Positions 1 to 10,660 of a stretch of 64,000 bases of DNA are shown here, in pieces. The stretch covers positions 1 through 64,000 of IMG/VR virus record IMGVR_UViG_3300028490_000005; one strand, written 5' to 3'. Position 1 is the stretch's first letter, and every line of letters begins with the position of its first letter. The notes under the pieces were generated by a model. That model worked only from the letters and a program-made list of their open reading frames with translations, was not told the origin of the DNA and did no database searches. A program made the position numbers and the translations under genes. This DNA comes from a virus.

Positions 1-137
1 ATGAATTGTTTGGTGAATCAGCGAATGATAACATAGCATCCCACTTGGGGAAAGTTGGAATGACTAGGGAGTCTCAGGGTGAAGCAGTAGCTGAGGTAGA
101 AGTAAAAACAACTAGAACATCAGAAAAGGTTGATTAA
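1..137 (+). CDS. 3' end of an upstream gene (partial, unknown)
   Basis: Open frame from the window edge to TAA at 135-137 (...VEVKTTRTSEKVD*), directly abutting the next ATG. Confidence 0.55.
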   Translation, partial: ELFGESANDNIASHLGKVGMTRESQGEAVAEVEVKTTRTSEKVD

Positions 138-575
138 ATGGATGAATGGGGTATAGAAGAGACTCCAGAAGTTGTTTTTGATGAATATAAGGCTCCCAAA
201 GGTCGCTCGACTTGGGACGTGATGAATTCTGCAATTAATAAGAAAATTAAACCAACTCTCGAAGAAAAGAAAAAGATAAATGAGTTTATGTTTCATAAGC
301 TCCTTTCTAGATTCGAACAAACATTGGAATTGGCTTTGATGTTCACTACAAAAAACATACCAATAGAGAATCAATATGATATCATAGATTCCCTTGTACC
401 AAAGGGCTTTGTTCCTTTCGAAAAGGGGAAAAAGAAAGTCAGTAACTCAACAATAACAAATATTTCGAATCATTATAGGTGTTCAGAAACATTAGCAGAA
501 CGATATGTTCAAATGATGCCTGAACACGAAATTGAGCGAATTAATATCAAATACAATAAAAAAGGTAAAATATGA
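138..575 (+). CDS. 62: Clamp loader small subunit (T4 gp62-like)
   Basis: Size and motifs WDVMNSAIN, FMFHKLLS, QYDIIDSLV, HYRCSETLAERY resemble gp62 of T4-like phages; replication gene context. Confidence 0.65.
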   Translation: MDEWGIEETPEVVFDEYKAPKGRSTWDVMNSAINKKIKPTLEEKKKINEFMFHKLLSRFEQTLELALMFTTKNIPIENQYDIIDSLVPKGFVPFEKGKKKVSNSTITNISNHYRCSETLAERYVQMMPEHEIERINIKYNKKGKI

Positions 576-1558
576 CACAATATATAAATATCAGTCACAA
601 TGATATGGATGGAGCAGGATGTAATATCGTTCTGAGAGAAAAGTTTCCAGATATGGAGACTTATCATGTAAGTTACGGTAATATAGTGGAGACTCTTCAA
701 TCAATTGATGCTGATATTTCTCATCTAACTAAAATTCTTTTTGTTACGGATCTTGCTTTCGATGTCAAAGCGTTTAATGAATTAATGAGAATAGCTGAAT
801 CACACCCAGATTTAAAGATTGTGTATATCGATCATCACCCATATGAAGATGATGTTCAACTAGCGTTCAACGAATTGAATGGGTTTGATAATGTGCACAC
901 AAAACATGCGATTGGTATAAGTGCCACTCAGTTATGTTTCGATATGATAAAAAGTGATAACACGGATCTCAAGAACTTAGTAAAATGGATTAATGCATAT
1001 GATATATATTTGGAACAAGAAGACCCTAACAATTTTAAAATAGGAAGCTTCTTGAATACCATATTCTGGGAAGTGAAGATGTCAGGCTTTAAAATAAATC
1101 TCATTAATGAGAACTATAAAATCCCTAAATTCTTTAAATCTATGTATAAAGATACCATAAATGATAAAAATGAGTATTTCGAGAAACAAATAAAAAATGG
1201 ATTGGTAGTTTTCGATGATGATAATAGTATCCTATTGGCATTTTCTGACAAACATAAGTCTTTTTGGCAAGTTGATTACCCGCAATATGATTACTTGGTA
1301 CTCCCATACCACACAAAAGGTAATAATATGTCTATCAGATTTTCTAGCACATTAACGGACCATGATGCAAAAAACATCAAAGATGATATTCTACAATATA
1401 CAAAACAAAGTCCTTGGTTTGTATCTGGTGGTGGTCACCACCACGCGTTTGGGTTGACATTGGATAATGCTATGCCAAAAGATGAACAATTGGTTCTCAT
1501 TGAAGGAATAGTTGATATTATCGAAGCATGGAATGCAAGTATCAATATGCCATTTTAA
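572..1558 (+). CDS. DHH-family phosphoesterase
   Basis: SHNDMDGAG, VTDL, IDHH and GGGH motifs. Confidence 0.85.
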   Translation: MTQYINISHNDMDGAGCNIVLREKFPDMETYHVSYGNIVETLQSIDADISHLTKILFVTDLAFDVKAFNELMRIAESHPDLKIVYIDHHPYEDDVQLAFNELNGFDNVHTKHAIGISATQLCFDMIKSDNTDLKNLVKWINAYDIYLEQEDPNNFKIGSFLNTIFWEVKMSGFKINLINENYKIPKFFKSMYKDTINDKNEYFEKQIKNGLVVFDDDNSILLAFSDKHKSFWQVDYPQYDYLVLPYHTKGNNMSIRFSSTLTDHDAKNIKDDILQYTKQSPWFVSGGGHHHAFGLTLDNAMPKDEQLVLIEGIVDIIEAWNASINMPF

Positions 1559-1600
1559 GCGACTCTTAATCTTAATGAAGTATAATATAAAGAGGTAAAA

Positions 1601-2962
1601 ATGGAAAATGTAATATTAAAAAACTTGATGGTGGATGGTGATTTTTTCGCCAAAGTCTTCCCTCATTTAAAAGAAAGTCACTTTGACACATTAGAAAATA
1701 CTGAAATTTTCAAGTCACTAAGTGCATACAACAAACAATATGACGCAGCACCAAACATTAAAGAGCTTGGGTTGTATATAAAAAATTCTGGGGAAATTAC
1801 TGACGCAATCAGAACTAAGGTTATTACACAATATAAAGATGTAATGTTAGAACCCCCAGTGGAAAATAAGGAATTCCTTATAGACCAAACTGAAAAGTGG
1901 ATTCAAAAAGAAGAATTATCTGAAGCAATTTTTAAATCTGCTGACCTCATAGAAAACAATCAACCATTTGCACCAATTATTGGTATGATAGAAAATGCTC
2001 TCAGTGTCAGTTTTGATTATGATACTGGAATGGTGTATAAGGATTCTGAAGCTACAATCAGTAGATATGAATATTATACACAGAGAATTACTGGTCTAAG
2101 TATTGGATTACCATCAGTTGATACGGCACTCGGTATGGGATTAAGGTCAAAGACTCTCAATCTCGTCGTAGCACCGTCTCACGGTGGTAAATCAGCACTA
2201 TTGATGTCGGCAGCAAGCACTGCTTATGTATTGAAAAAGAACGTCCTATTCGTATCCCTCGAAATGACTGATATGGAAATTTCAAGAAGAATAGATGCGA
2301 ATTTACTACACCACCCAGCAAACGAACTTGGGAAAATTAATAAAGCAGAGTTCACTAAAAGATTGGATGATATAGCTGAACTTTCTGGTAACTTAGTCAT
2401 AAAAGACTTTGCCGCAGGAACATTTAGCGTGTTGACATTAAAGTCGTTGATAAATGAATTAAAGGCAAATAATGGATTTGTGCCAGATTTAATCTGTATT
2501 GATTATATTGGTTTAATGACTTCAACTAGGACTACAATCGCACAGAGTGGAGGATATTCATTTTTTAAATCGATTGCTGAAGAACTACATGGTTTTGCCA
2601 AAACTGAAGATACAATAATTTTCACCGCAGCACAACTCAATAGGGGAGCATACGATAATCTAGATTCTGGGTTAGACTCCATAGCAGACTCATTGGGAGT
2701 TATTCAAACAGCTGACTGTGTTATTGCGTTACTTGCAAACCAATCACTTAGAGACCAGAACCAGAGCCTTATTAAGTTTCTTAAAAATAGAAATACTGGG
2801 CGATTAAGTTCTCATCTTGTAGAGGTGGATTTTTCTACAGTTACGTTTGTAGATCTTGAAGATCAAGACCAACAACAAAGATCGGTGGATTCAGTGAACG
2901 CTGGTATCCTCCAAAATACTGTTAATAGAGAAGTCGACACTTCTGTGATACAGTTTAATTAG
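1601..2962 (+). CDS. 41: Replicative DNA helicase (T4 gp41/DnaB family)
   Basis: Walker A APSHGGKS, VSLEM, IDYIGLM, TAAQLNR, LKNR motifs. Confidence 0.93.
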   Translation: MENVILKNLMVDGDFFAKVFPHLKESHFDTLENTEIFKSLSAYNKQYDAAPNIKELGLYIKNSGEITDAIRTKVITQYKDVMLEPPVENKEFLIDQTEKWIQKEELSEAIFKSADLIENNQPFAPIIGMIENALSVSFDYDTGMVYKDSEATISRYEYYTQRITGLSIGLPSVDTALGMGLRSKTLNLVVAPSHGGKSALLMSAASTAYVLKKNVLFVSLEMTDMEISRRIDANLLHHPANELGKINKAEFTKRLDDIAELSGNLVIKDFAAGTFSVLTLKSLINELKANNGFVPDLICIDYIGLMTSTRTTIAQSGGYSFFKSIAEELHGFAKTEDTIIFTAAQLNRGAYDNLDSGLDSIADSLGVIQTADCVIALLANQSLRDQNQSLIKFLKNRNTGRLSSHLVEVDFSTVTFVDLEDQDQQQRSVDSVNAGILQNTVNREVDTSVIQFN

Positions 2963-2970
2963 GAGATAAT

Positions 2971-3237
2971 ATGGAATTATTAATGATGTATAGAAAAGTA
3001 TCAGCACGTACAAATTCATGGTATGTACTGACTAATTTTTTAAAAATAAAACACGAACTAGAGGTGATACAATATCTGTCAGAAAAATTCGGAGTAATTC
3101 ACCTATACGACAGATGGATAGAACACCCATTCCTCGCAGTACCATACCCAAGAATAGTGTCCACAGTTGCTGAATACGATGCTGGTAGAGGTAAGAATTA
3201 CCAAATTGAATTAAAGAAAATATATGGTGCACTATAA
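2971..3237 (+). CDS. Hypothetical protein
   Basis: GGAG RBS; TAATG coupling to the polymerase gene. Confidence 0.6.
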   Translation: MELLMMYRKVSARTNSWYVLTNFLKIKHELEVIQYLSEKFGVIHLYDRWIEHPFLAVPYPRIVSTVAEYDAGRGKNYQIELKKIYGAL

Positions 3238-4757
3238 TGTATGATTATGAACAATATGAGAAAGTATGGAGAAGTGGTTTTGAATATTTCTGTCGAACAA
3301 GGAATACTGAGACCAATCAAGTCAGGTTTGAAAAAATAGAACCAACTTGGGAATTTTATGAAAATAACCCGAGTGGTGATATGTCATTTGTCCTAGACCC
3401 AACAGTAAAACTTTCCAAACGTGAATTTTCTGATCCAAAGGAAATGAAGCAATTTAAGGGGTTGATGGATTCTTTGGGTAAGGAAGTTTATGGTGGTCAG
3501 GCTCCTGAATATAAACATATCAGGGATAATTTCTTCCAAAGTGGAAAAGTTAATGATATGAGGATTTGGTTCTTGGATATAGAAACTATGAATGATGATC
3601 CGAATGATAAATCATTCCCAGACCCTCAGTTGGCTGAAAAACCTGTATCTCAAATTCAAATTTACGATAACTATACGGATAAGATTATCATTTTAAGTTT
3701 GGATAAAATGAAAGATGAAAGTAAATTTAAACACCACAAGAATCTGATATTCAAACACTATTATGACGAAAAGGATTTATTTAAAGATTTCATTAAATTG
3801 TTGGGTAAATTGAACCCAACAGTTATTACGGCTTGGAATGGGGATTACTTCGACTTTCCATATCTAACAAATAGAGCCATGGGATTGAGTGGCGTAAATT
3901 ATAGGAAGTTATCACCAATATTAAAAGTGAGAGAAATTAAAACGGTTGATGGTCTTAACTATGACTGGGAAGGTATCTTTTTAATTGATATGATGCAAGC
4001 GTATAAAAAGTTTATCCCAAAACCACAAGTATCGTACTCCCTCGATAACATTTCAAAATCTGAACTTGGTATTGGTGAGGGAAAGGTTGATTATGGTGAA
4101 TTTGATGATATAATTGATTTCTATCACGGTGACATCGATAAATTTCTTGAATATTCTATTCAAGATGTTGTGACATTGAAAAAGCTAGAAGACAAATTGA
4201 AATTGATAGAATTAATGCAAATTCTAGCTACAATGATGGGAATTAACATTGATGATTCCATGGGTACAGTGAAGCCATGGGGTCAGTATCTCACAAATCT
4301 AGCAATGAAAAAAGGTATGGTGATGCCATATGATAGAAAATCACATTTAGATAAAACTATTGTCGGTGGGTATGTTCGACACCCTCAAAAGGGGAAACAC
4401 AATTGGTTAGTTTCTATAGATGTTGACTCAATGTACCCACTACTCGGTATGAGAGCATTTAATATGTCCCCAGAGACATATGTAAATGATTATGAATTAC
4501 CTGATGATTTGATGGAAATTAGGCGAAAATATCACACACATGAAGATGAAGAGGTTTATTTAGATGAAAAGGTTTTATCTGAAATTCGGGAAGTCTGTCA
4601 TAAACACGATGTAGCATTCGGTATGAACGCATTTTTCAGGCGAGAACAAGAGGGAATAATTCCAACTATTGTAGCTGACATTTATGCGACGAGAAAGGAA
4701 GCAAAACGTAAAATGCTTGTTTATAACGCTTTAAAGGCAAAATTAGCATCAATTTAA
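3237..4757 (+). CDS. 43A: Family B DNA polymerase, N-terminal part (exonuclease + palm motif A; gp43A)
   Basis: ExoI LDIET, ExoII WNGDYFDFPYL, YSLDNI, ExoIII YSIQDV, motif A SIDVDSMYP; ends just after the first fingers helix (RKEAKRKM). Confidence 0.93.
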   Translation: MYDYEQYEKVWRSGFEYFCRTRNTETNQVRFEKIEPTWEFYENNPSGDMSFVLDPTVKLSKREFSDPKEMKQFKGLMDSLGKEVYGGQAPEYKHIRDNFFQSGKVNDMRIWFLDIETMNDDPNDKSFPDPQLAEKPVSQIQIYDNYTDKIIILSLDKMKDESKFKHHKNLIFKHYYDEKDLFKDFIKLLGKLNPTVITAWNGDYFDFPYLTNRAMGLSGVNYRKLSPILKVREIKTVDGLNYDWEGIFLIDMMQAYKKFIPKPQVSYSLDNISKSELGIGEGKVDYGEFDDIIDFYHGDIDKFLEYSIQDVVTLKKLEDKLKLIELMQILATMMGINIDDSMGTVKPWGQYLTNLAMKKGMVMPYDRKSHLDKTIVGGYVRHPQKGKHNWLVSIDVDSMYPLLGMRAFNMSPETYVNDYELPDDLMEIRRKYHTHEDEEVYLDEKVLSEIREVCHKHDVAFGMNAFFRREQEGIIPTIVADIYATRKEAKRKMLVYNALKAKLASI

Positions 4758-4820
4758 GCAAGGTTTAAGCTAACTTACGGTATAATAGAGTATATGAAAA
4801 GTTTGAAAGGCTTAAAGATG
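4753..4820 (+). promoter_or_regulatory. Conserved early promoter + RBS cassette (copy 1)
   Basis: TTTAAGCAAGGTTTAAGCTAACTTACGGTATAAT...AAAGTTTGAAAGGCTTAAAGATG; -10 TATAAT at 4781-4786. Confidence 0.85.
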
Positions 4821-5066
4821 AAAATAGAAATTTATAAAACAATTGGTGGTGAAAATACTCTTTACACTGCAACTGTCAATGAAATGATTATTATCGATAA
4901 TAATTCAAAACTTCCAATGGTTATTTATACCAATAGTCTTCAAGCAATACTTGACTATTTGGATAGCGTTGAACAAGGTAAATTGAAAATTTCATCTCGA
5001 GAATTATTCGAAGAAGGAAGTGCGGTTGAATACGAATGGGTTGAAACTCTTCAAACTCGACATTAA
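4818..5066 (+). CDS. Hypothetical early protein
   Basis: ATG 4818 follows the conserved AAAGGCTTAAAG leader, preferred over the track start at 4794. Confidence 0.65.
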   Translation: MKIEIYKTIGGENTLYTATVNEMIIIDNNSKLPMVIYTNSLQAILDYLDSVEQGKLKISSRELFEEGSAVEYEWVETLQTRH

Positions 5067-5067
5067 T

Positions 5068-5137
5068 TTTAAGCAAGGTTTAAGCTACATTACAGTATAA
5101 TAGTATATAACAATTAAAACACAAAGGTTTAAAGATG
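5068..5137 (+). promoter_or_regulatory. Conserved early promoter cassette
   Basis: TTTAAGCAAGGTTTAAGCTACATTACAGTATAAT; -10 at 5096-5101; AAAGGTTTAAAGATG leader. Confidence 0.85.
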
Positions 5138-5470
5138 GCAAGATTACCAAAAGTATTTAAAGTTCAAGAAAGTAAATCAGGACGTTTCGGTGGAGAAACT
5201 AGAACATATAACCAAGTAGGAACATTAGAAAGACTTGTGAAAGCATATAGTTATTCATTAGAAGTTGGTCAGTCATGGGAACATGAAAAAGGTAACAAAA
5301 AGATTAATAGAAATCCTAAGTCAATTAAGACTTTGGTATCTAACCTTTATAACGCTAAAAACAATGCTGCGGCAAATGGTTATAGTGGTAGTCGATTTGA
5401 ACAAGTTGAATTGTCTAAAGACGAAGTTGCTGAGTACTGGGAAGAAAATCCAATTGAAGAGGTAGCATAA
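5135..5470 (+). CDS. Hypothetical early protein
   Basis: ORF directly behind the promoter cassette. Confidence 0.7.
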   Translation: MARLPKVFKVQESKSGRFGGETRTYNQVGTLERLVKAYSYSLEVGQSWEHEKGNKKINRNPKSIKTLVSNLYNAKNNAAANGYSGSRFEQVELSKDEVAEYWEENPIEEVA

Positions 5471-5796
5471 TGTTACTTCTTGAAATTCAATTTAAAGATA
5501 GTCACGGTGACTTTGATAACGAAAATCAAGTTATACTTATAAACTTGGAAAATATGGAAATTACTGGAAATGAAAATGGAGAAGATGTTTGGTCTAAAGT
5601 AGTAGACACAGCAACTTACACGCTCATTTATGATGGTGGGCAAACTGAAATCTCTAATGATTATGTACCAAATTGTATCCCAAATGAGTACGGTGATTAT
5701 TTGGACTTGTGTGTAATGAGTGGAAAGATTACAAATTGGGAAAGTACGTTGGAAGAGATAGAAGAAGAATTCGAAAAAAAGGGAAAAGAGGTATGA
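5470..5796 (+). CDS. Acidic hypothetical protein
   Basis: TAATG coupling; D/E-rich. Confidence 0.65.
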   Translation: MLLLEIQFKDSHGDFDNENQVILINLENMEITGNENGEDVWSKVVDTATYTLIYDGGQTEISNDYVPNCIPNEYGDYLDLCVMSGKITNWESTLEEIEEEFEKKGKEV

Positions 5797-6663
5797 AAAA
5801 AATGATACCTAGAGAATCGACTGAAGTTGTGTATTTAGAGGACGCGACTTTCCCAAATCACTTTGGTGCAATTTGGGAAGATAAAAAAGTTATGTTGGTT
5901 AGAAATATGGATATGGGAATAGATGAGGATAATCAAAAATGTTTATTTCAATGGCATACCGATAATATGTGTTTCTTACACATAGGAAGACCAAACACGT
6001 TGAACGAAGCATTAACTGAGTGTGGTCTAGATGAAGTTTTCCAATTTGATACTTTGGTTGAACTAGCAACATGGATGGAATCATGATTAGACCAACAGAT
6101 GAAGAATTGACGAAGGACATACAAAACCTTTCACGGTTCTATTCCCAGAGTGAAATAATGGCTCAATACGATGAGATTGGTATTTCATTAACGGCTCAGG
6201 AGTTTATTACTTTAAAATACCCAGATGGGTTACACGAAAAGGCTTAAAATGACTTACGAACAAATTCTCAATGACATAGCTGAAGAAGCGTTTGAAAAGC
6301 GTTTACATGGTTCTGGTGGGTTATATCAAATTGGTAGAATTCCTAACATTGAAAATTTAGATTATGATTACGTTATTAAAGAACTGGATGAGATTATGGT
6401 AACTCTAGAATCAAATTTTGAGATGGGTGAAATATTTTATGATGATTTCTAATACTACTCCTGGATTGAGTGAAGTATCAAAAGAAGATGCAATATTAGC
6501 ATTATTTACTAGAGGACAATATGTCACTAGGGATAAATGGGATGATGATTATTTCATATATTTAGATGATGGTGCTGTGATGACTACTAAATACAATATT
6601 GAAGTCGAACCAAAATATTTTGCTCACTTTTTACTTGGACAACAATTTTTTATTAGGAATTAA
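5793..6663 (+). other. Run of small coupled hypothetical genes (about 5793-6086, 6083-6247, 6249-6452, 6439-6663)
   Basis: Overlapping start/stop codons; AAAGGCTTAAAATG leader before 6249; 6083-6247 read manually (MIRPTDEELTK...). Confidence 0.5.
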
Positions 6664-6673
6664 ATAACTAAAA
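6658..6673 (+). promoter_or_regulatory. Putative late promoter (TTAAATA)
   Basis: AATTAAATAACTAAAA identical to 32397-32412; resembles T4 late TATAAATA. Confidence 0.55.
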
Positions 6674-6688
6674 TGACAAGGAGAAAGT

Positions 6689-7471
6689 ATGTTAAGCGTT
6701 AAAATTTCTGAAGGCTTGGGGAATCAAATGTTCCAATATGCTTATGCTAAGGCTCTTCAAGTAAGGGGATACGACGTTGTTATAAATTTCCATAATTCTC
6801 GTATGCCACATGGTGGGTTTTCACTAGGTAAATATAAAATAGATTTGAATCCCATCAATCACTTAACACCACATAACATAGTTCATGAGGGTAAGTTATC
6901 ATTCCGAGAAAATCTTTTAAACGTTACTGATGGTAGTGAAATAAGTGGGTATTTTCAATCAGAATTATATTTTAAAAATATCCGAGACACTATTGTTAAT
7001 CAATTTACATTAGATGAATACTCACCATATGCGAAAAATATACAAGCCTTCATAGAAACAAACACTTGTACTTGTTCAATACATATCAGGAGAGGTGATT
7101 ACGCACACCATAAACAACTGAAATTGTTACCCATTGATTATTACAATGACGCAATAGAATATATCAATTCAAAATTTAAAGAAGTGAATTTTTTAGTTTT
7201 TTCAGATGATATATTATTTGCTAAGGGATTTTTGAAAAACCAAAATATCACATTCATTAACAGTACGGAAAAAAGACCACCACATGAAGATATTTATTTG
7301 ATGAGTTTATGTGAACACAATATCATAGCAAATAGTAGTTTTTCTTGGTGGGGTGCGTGGTTGAACTCTAATAAAGATAAATTAGTAATTGCACCAGAAC
7401 ATTGGTTTATTGATGAGTATACACATGAAGAACCAACTGATATAGTATGTAAATCATGGGTGAAGATATAG
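6689..7471 (+). CDS. Alpha-1,2-fucosyltransferase (GT11)
   Basis: GLGNQMFQYA, GYFQSE, HIRRGDY, FSDD, NSSFSWWGAWL motifs. Confidence 0.92.
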   Translation: MLSVKISEGLGNQMFQYAYAKALQVRGYDVVINFHNSRMPHGGFSLGKYKIDLNPINHLTPHNIVHEGKLSFRENLLNVTDGSEISGYFQSELYFKNIRDTIVNQFTLDEYSPYAKNIQAFIETNTCTCSIHIRRGDYAHHKQLKLLPIDYYNDAIEYINSKFKEVNFLVFSDDILFAKGFLKNQNITFINSTEKRPPHEDIYLMSLCEHNIIANSSFSWWGAWLNSNKDKLVIAPEHWFIDEYTHEEPTDIVCKSWVKI

Positions 7472-7475
7472 GAGT

Positions 7476-7508
7476 TTTAAGTCGTTCTTAAGGTTATTTT
7501 AGTATAAT
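7476..7508 (+). promoter_or_regulatory. Sigma70-type promoter for gp43B
   Basis: TTTAAGTCGTTCTTAAGG...TATAAT (7503-7508). Confidence 0.7.
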
Positions 7509-7520
7509 TAACCTATAAAT

Positions 7521-8699
7521 ATGGAGCGATTAATGACATTAGACGAAATATACGAAAAAATAGAAGACGGGTCTATGACCGTCGATGACATCAATACCAT
7601 GGACTTGTCCCACCTCAAGGGAACTAATTTAGACCACATAGAAGGTCGTTCTGCGTATTGGAATACATACCAATTGGCTCTAAAAATTTCAATTAACTCA
7701 TTATATGGTGCACTTGCAAACACTTACTTCTTATTGTTTAATAGGGACGTTGCTGCGTCAATCACAGGAAATGGTAGAATTTTCATTCAAGGTCTTGCAA
7801 ACTATATCAATGACAAACTGAAAAAAGTTCTAAAGTCAAAGAAAGATTTTGTTGTTTACGGAGACACAGATTCAGTTTACTTCACACTCGGTGATCTAGT
7901 AACTAAATTAGATGTAGACACCAATAAAGAAATTCTCGATAAATTGATTAAATTCGATAAGAAATTCCTAGACGTTTGGACCCAAGAATATATAGAAATA
8001 TACGCTGACAACTTCAATGCATTTAATAAGGATCCTATTGGTGCGAAACTTGAAAAGGTCGCGGACAAAGGTATGTTTGTTGCTAAGAAGAAATACGCTC
8101 TAAGAGCAGTTTGGGATGAAGGTGCGATTCTTTTAGATGACCCAAAAATGGCTGTAACTGGTTTAGAAATTGTTAGAAGTTCAACGCCAGCATTTTGTAG
8201 AAAACACCTCAAAGATATGGTTGATGTTATTCTAGATAACGATGCTAAATTTACAATAGATAAATTAACGGGAATTGAAGAATTATTTTTTGAAGCTCCA
8301 ATTCAGGATATAGCTAGAGTTTCTGGTATTGGTTCACTTGCGTATGAGGGTTCAATAGGTAGATACACGAAATGGAAAAATGATAAAACATTAACTGCAC
8401 CAATGAATGTCCGTGCCGCAATGAATTTTAATTTATTTGTACAAGAAACTGGATTAACTAAATACCCTCAAATATTGGATTCAGATAAAATAAAGTATGT
8501 ATTTCTCAAGAAACCAAACACATTGGGTGATGATGTTGTTGCATTCCTAGACGCTGATTTTATCACTGATTCAGGTTTGGAAAAATACATTGATAGAGAG
8601 CGTATGTGGGAAGACTTCTTTATTTCCCCAATGAAAATTATGCTTGAAGCAGTTGGGTATGATTTAAATCAAAACTTTGATATGGAGGAATGGATGTGA
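7521..8699 (+). CDS. 43B: Family B DNA polymerase, C-terminal part (motifs B, C, thumb; gp43B)
   Basis: QLALKISINSLYGA, SITGNGR, YGDTDS, KKKYA, GLEIVRSSTP. Confidence 0.93.
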   Translation: MERLMTLDEIYEKIEDGSMTVDDINTMDLSHLKGTNLDHIEGRSAYWNTYQLALKISINSLYGALANTYFLLFNRDVAASITGNGRIFIQGLANYINDKLKKVLKSKKDFVVYGDTDSVYFTLGDLVTKLDVDTNKEILDKLIKFDKKFLDVWTQEYIEIYADNFNAFNKDPIGAKLEKVADKGMFVAKKKYALRAVWDEGAILLDDPKMAVTGLEIVRSSTPAFCRKHLKDMVDVILDNDAKFTIDKLTGIEELFFEAPIQDIARVSGIGSLAYEGSIGRYTKWKNDKTLTAPMNVRAAMNFNLFVQETGLTKYPQILDSDKIKYVFLKKPNTLGDDVVAFLDADFITDSGLEKYIDRERMWEDFFISPMKIMLEAVGYDLNQNFDMEEWM

Positions 8700-8892
8700 T
8701 AACTGGAATAGCAATTGAATCGTATTTGACAGATGAAGGGAATTTTATAATTGGGAAGAGATATTTCTTCAAACGTTTTCAACCAAATTTCCTCAAAGAT
8801 GATGAATTGGTTTGGAGCACAACTGATGAATATCAACAAGATATGTCATTTACGAGCGAAAAACACATCTTAAAATATTTTAAGGAAATAGA

Positions 8893-9225
8893 ATGACTAA
8901 GAAAGAAAAATTACAAAAGAAATTAGCAAAAATGGAAAGAAAAGAAACTAAGAAGCGTAAAAAATGGGATATGTATTTGGACGCATTTTGTAGTGATTGT
9001 GGTAGTTCTGGTGTATATTATCAATCGGTTGGGCAAGGTGCGATGGCTTATATTAATAGACTTCGATGTAATTGTACATATACACATACAAATCGTTATG
9101 AAAAGGCTCTTAATGCTACTGATATTATGGTCAAGGACTATAATAAAAAACTAAAGAAGTTCAAAGACAATCATTCTCACATCGAAAGTACATTTGGTGA
9201 TGAGTGTGGTCGTTCATGGGATTAA
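8893..9225 (+). CDS. Hypothetical protein with CxxC/CxC
   Basis: ORF track; CSDC...CNC. Confidence 0.55.
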   Translation: MTKKEKLQKKLAKMERKETKKRKKWDMYLDAFCSDCGSSGVYYQSVGQGAMAYINRLRCNCTYTHTNRYEKALNATDIMVKDYNKKLKKFKDNHSHIESTFGDECGRSWD

Positions 9226-9632
9226 AAAACAACAATTCTTTAATGAAATGGGTTGATCTACATGAAGTACGGTCATTCATTGAAAAAATGAATATTCCTA
9301 AAATATATAGACCATGGGGTTACTATTCAATTTTAGAGACTGGTGATAATTTCAAAGTGAAATTAATTCATGTAGATCCAGGAGAGATGACATCTTTACA
9401 GTACCATCTATATAGAACGGAATATTGGGAAGTGTTAAAAGGTGAGGCATTCATCACAAAGGGTGATGTGATATTCAACGCTTCAAGTGGGGATCTGGTA
9501 TCAATTCACGTCAAAGAGCTTCATAGGATAGAAAATAAATCGATACAAGGCATCCAACTTATAGAAATTCAAGTTGGTGAAATTTTAGAAGAAACTGATA
9601 TAATTCGCATTTCTGATAAATATGGGAGATAA
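9204..9632 (+). CDS. Mannose-6-phosphate isomerase type II cupin (ManC C-terminal domain only)
   Basis: RPWGYY, SLQYHLYRTEYW, HRIEN, IEIQVG, DIIRISDKYGR; true start may be slightly downstream. Confidence 0.85.
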   Translation: MWSFMGLKNNNSLMKWVDLHEVRSFIEKMNIPKIYRPWGYYSILETGDNFKVKLIHVDPGEMTSLQYHLYRTEYWEVLKGEAFITKGDVIFNASSGDLVSIHVKELHRIENKSIQGIQLIEIQVGEILEETDIIRISDKYGR

Positions 9633-9634
9633 TA

Positions 9635-10660
9635 ATGAAAATAGCATTTATTACTGGGATCACTGGGCAAGATGGTCAATACCTTTCAGAATTATTAATT
9701 GAAAAAGGTTATGAAGTTCATGGGCTTGTTAGGTATTCTAGTTCTGAATTTGACACAGAACGTATGCACCAAGATGTGAAAATTCATTTAGGCGACATGA
9801 CCGATTCATTACGACTATTTAGTATTTTGAAAGAAGTACAACCAACTGAAATTTATAATCTTGCGGCGATGACACATGTAGGTGTGAGTTTCAACACACC
9901 AAAATATACTTCAGAAGTAAATTCAATGGGTGTGATAAATATCCTTGAATCTATTCGAGTTCTTGGGTTAAACACCAGAATATATCAGGCGTCTACATCG
10001 GAACTATTTGGTAAGGTTATGCAAGTTCCTCAAAGTGAAACGACTCCATTTTATCCAAGAAGTCCCTATGGTGTGTCTAAATTACACGCATATTGGAATA
10101 TAGTCAATTACAGAGAAGCATATGGGATATTTGCTTGTAATGGGATTTTATTTAACCATGAATCACCAATAAGAGGTGAAAACTTTGTAACCAGAAAAAT
10201 TACAAAGGCTATTGCTAAAATGTCATTGGATCAAAGTTGTGTATTAAAGTTAGGCAACCTCAACGCTGAACGCGACTGGGGACATGCAAAGGACTATGTT
10301 TATGCGATGTGGTTAATGTTACAACAACCAGAACCCGAAGATTTCGTAATTGCTTCTGGTAAAAGTCACAGTGTAAGACATTTCTTAGAAACTGCCTTCT
10401 CGGTTGTTGGTGTAAAACTTTCATTTTTAATTGATGATGGTGTAGAAGTAGGTATTGTAAATTCTAGTACCAATGACGCGTTTGTTATTGGGAGAAAAGT
10501 TGTTGAAACAGACGGTCAATTTATCAGACCGTCTGAAGTTGAAACATTATTGGGTGACCCATCAAAGGCTATAAAAATCCTTGGTTGGGAACCAGAATAT
10601 ACATTTGAAGAATTAGTAAATGAAATGATGGAGAAAGATTTAAATGAAATTAGAAAGTAA
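9635..10660 (+). CDS. gmd: GDP-mannose 4,6-dehydratase
   Basis: ITGITGQDG, YNLAA, QASTSELFG, PRSPYGVSK, NHESP, RDWGHA. Confidence 0.96.
   Translation: MKIAFITGITGQDGQYLSELLIEKGYEVHGLVRYSSSEFDTERMHQDVKIHLGDMTDSLRLFSILKEVQPTEIYNLAAMTHVGVSFNTPKYTSEVNSMGVINILESIRVLGLNTRIYQASTSELFGKVMQVPQSETTPFYPRSPYGVSKLHAYWNIVNYREAYGIFACNGILFNHESPIRGENFVTRKITKAIAKMSLDQSCVLKLGNLNAERDWGHAKDYVYAMWLMLQQPEPEDFVIASGKSHSVRHFLETAFSVVGVKLSFLIDDGVEVGIVNSSTNDAFVIGRKVVETDGQFIRPSEVETLLGDPSKAIKILGWEPEYTFEELVNEMMEKDLNEIRK

Noticed and set aside
1530-1558. DHH protein C-terminus INMPF as a bacterial SSB-tail mimic
   Set aside because: Lacks the acidic residues of DDIPF; too short to support
4757-7521. Intron or split intein joining the polymerase halves
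   Set aside because: No intein terminal residues or group I core motifs; the gap is full of genes and gp43B has its own promoter
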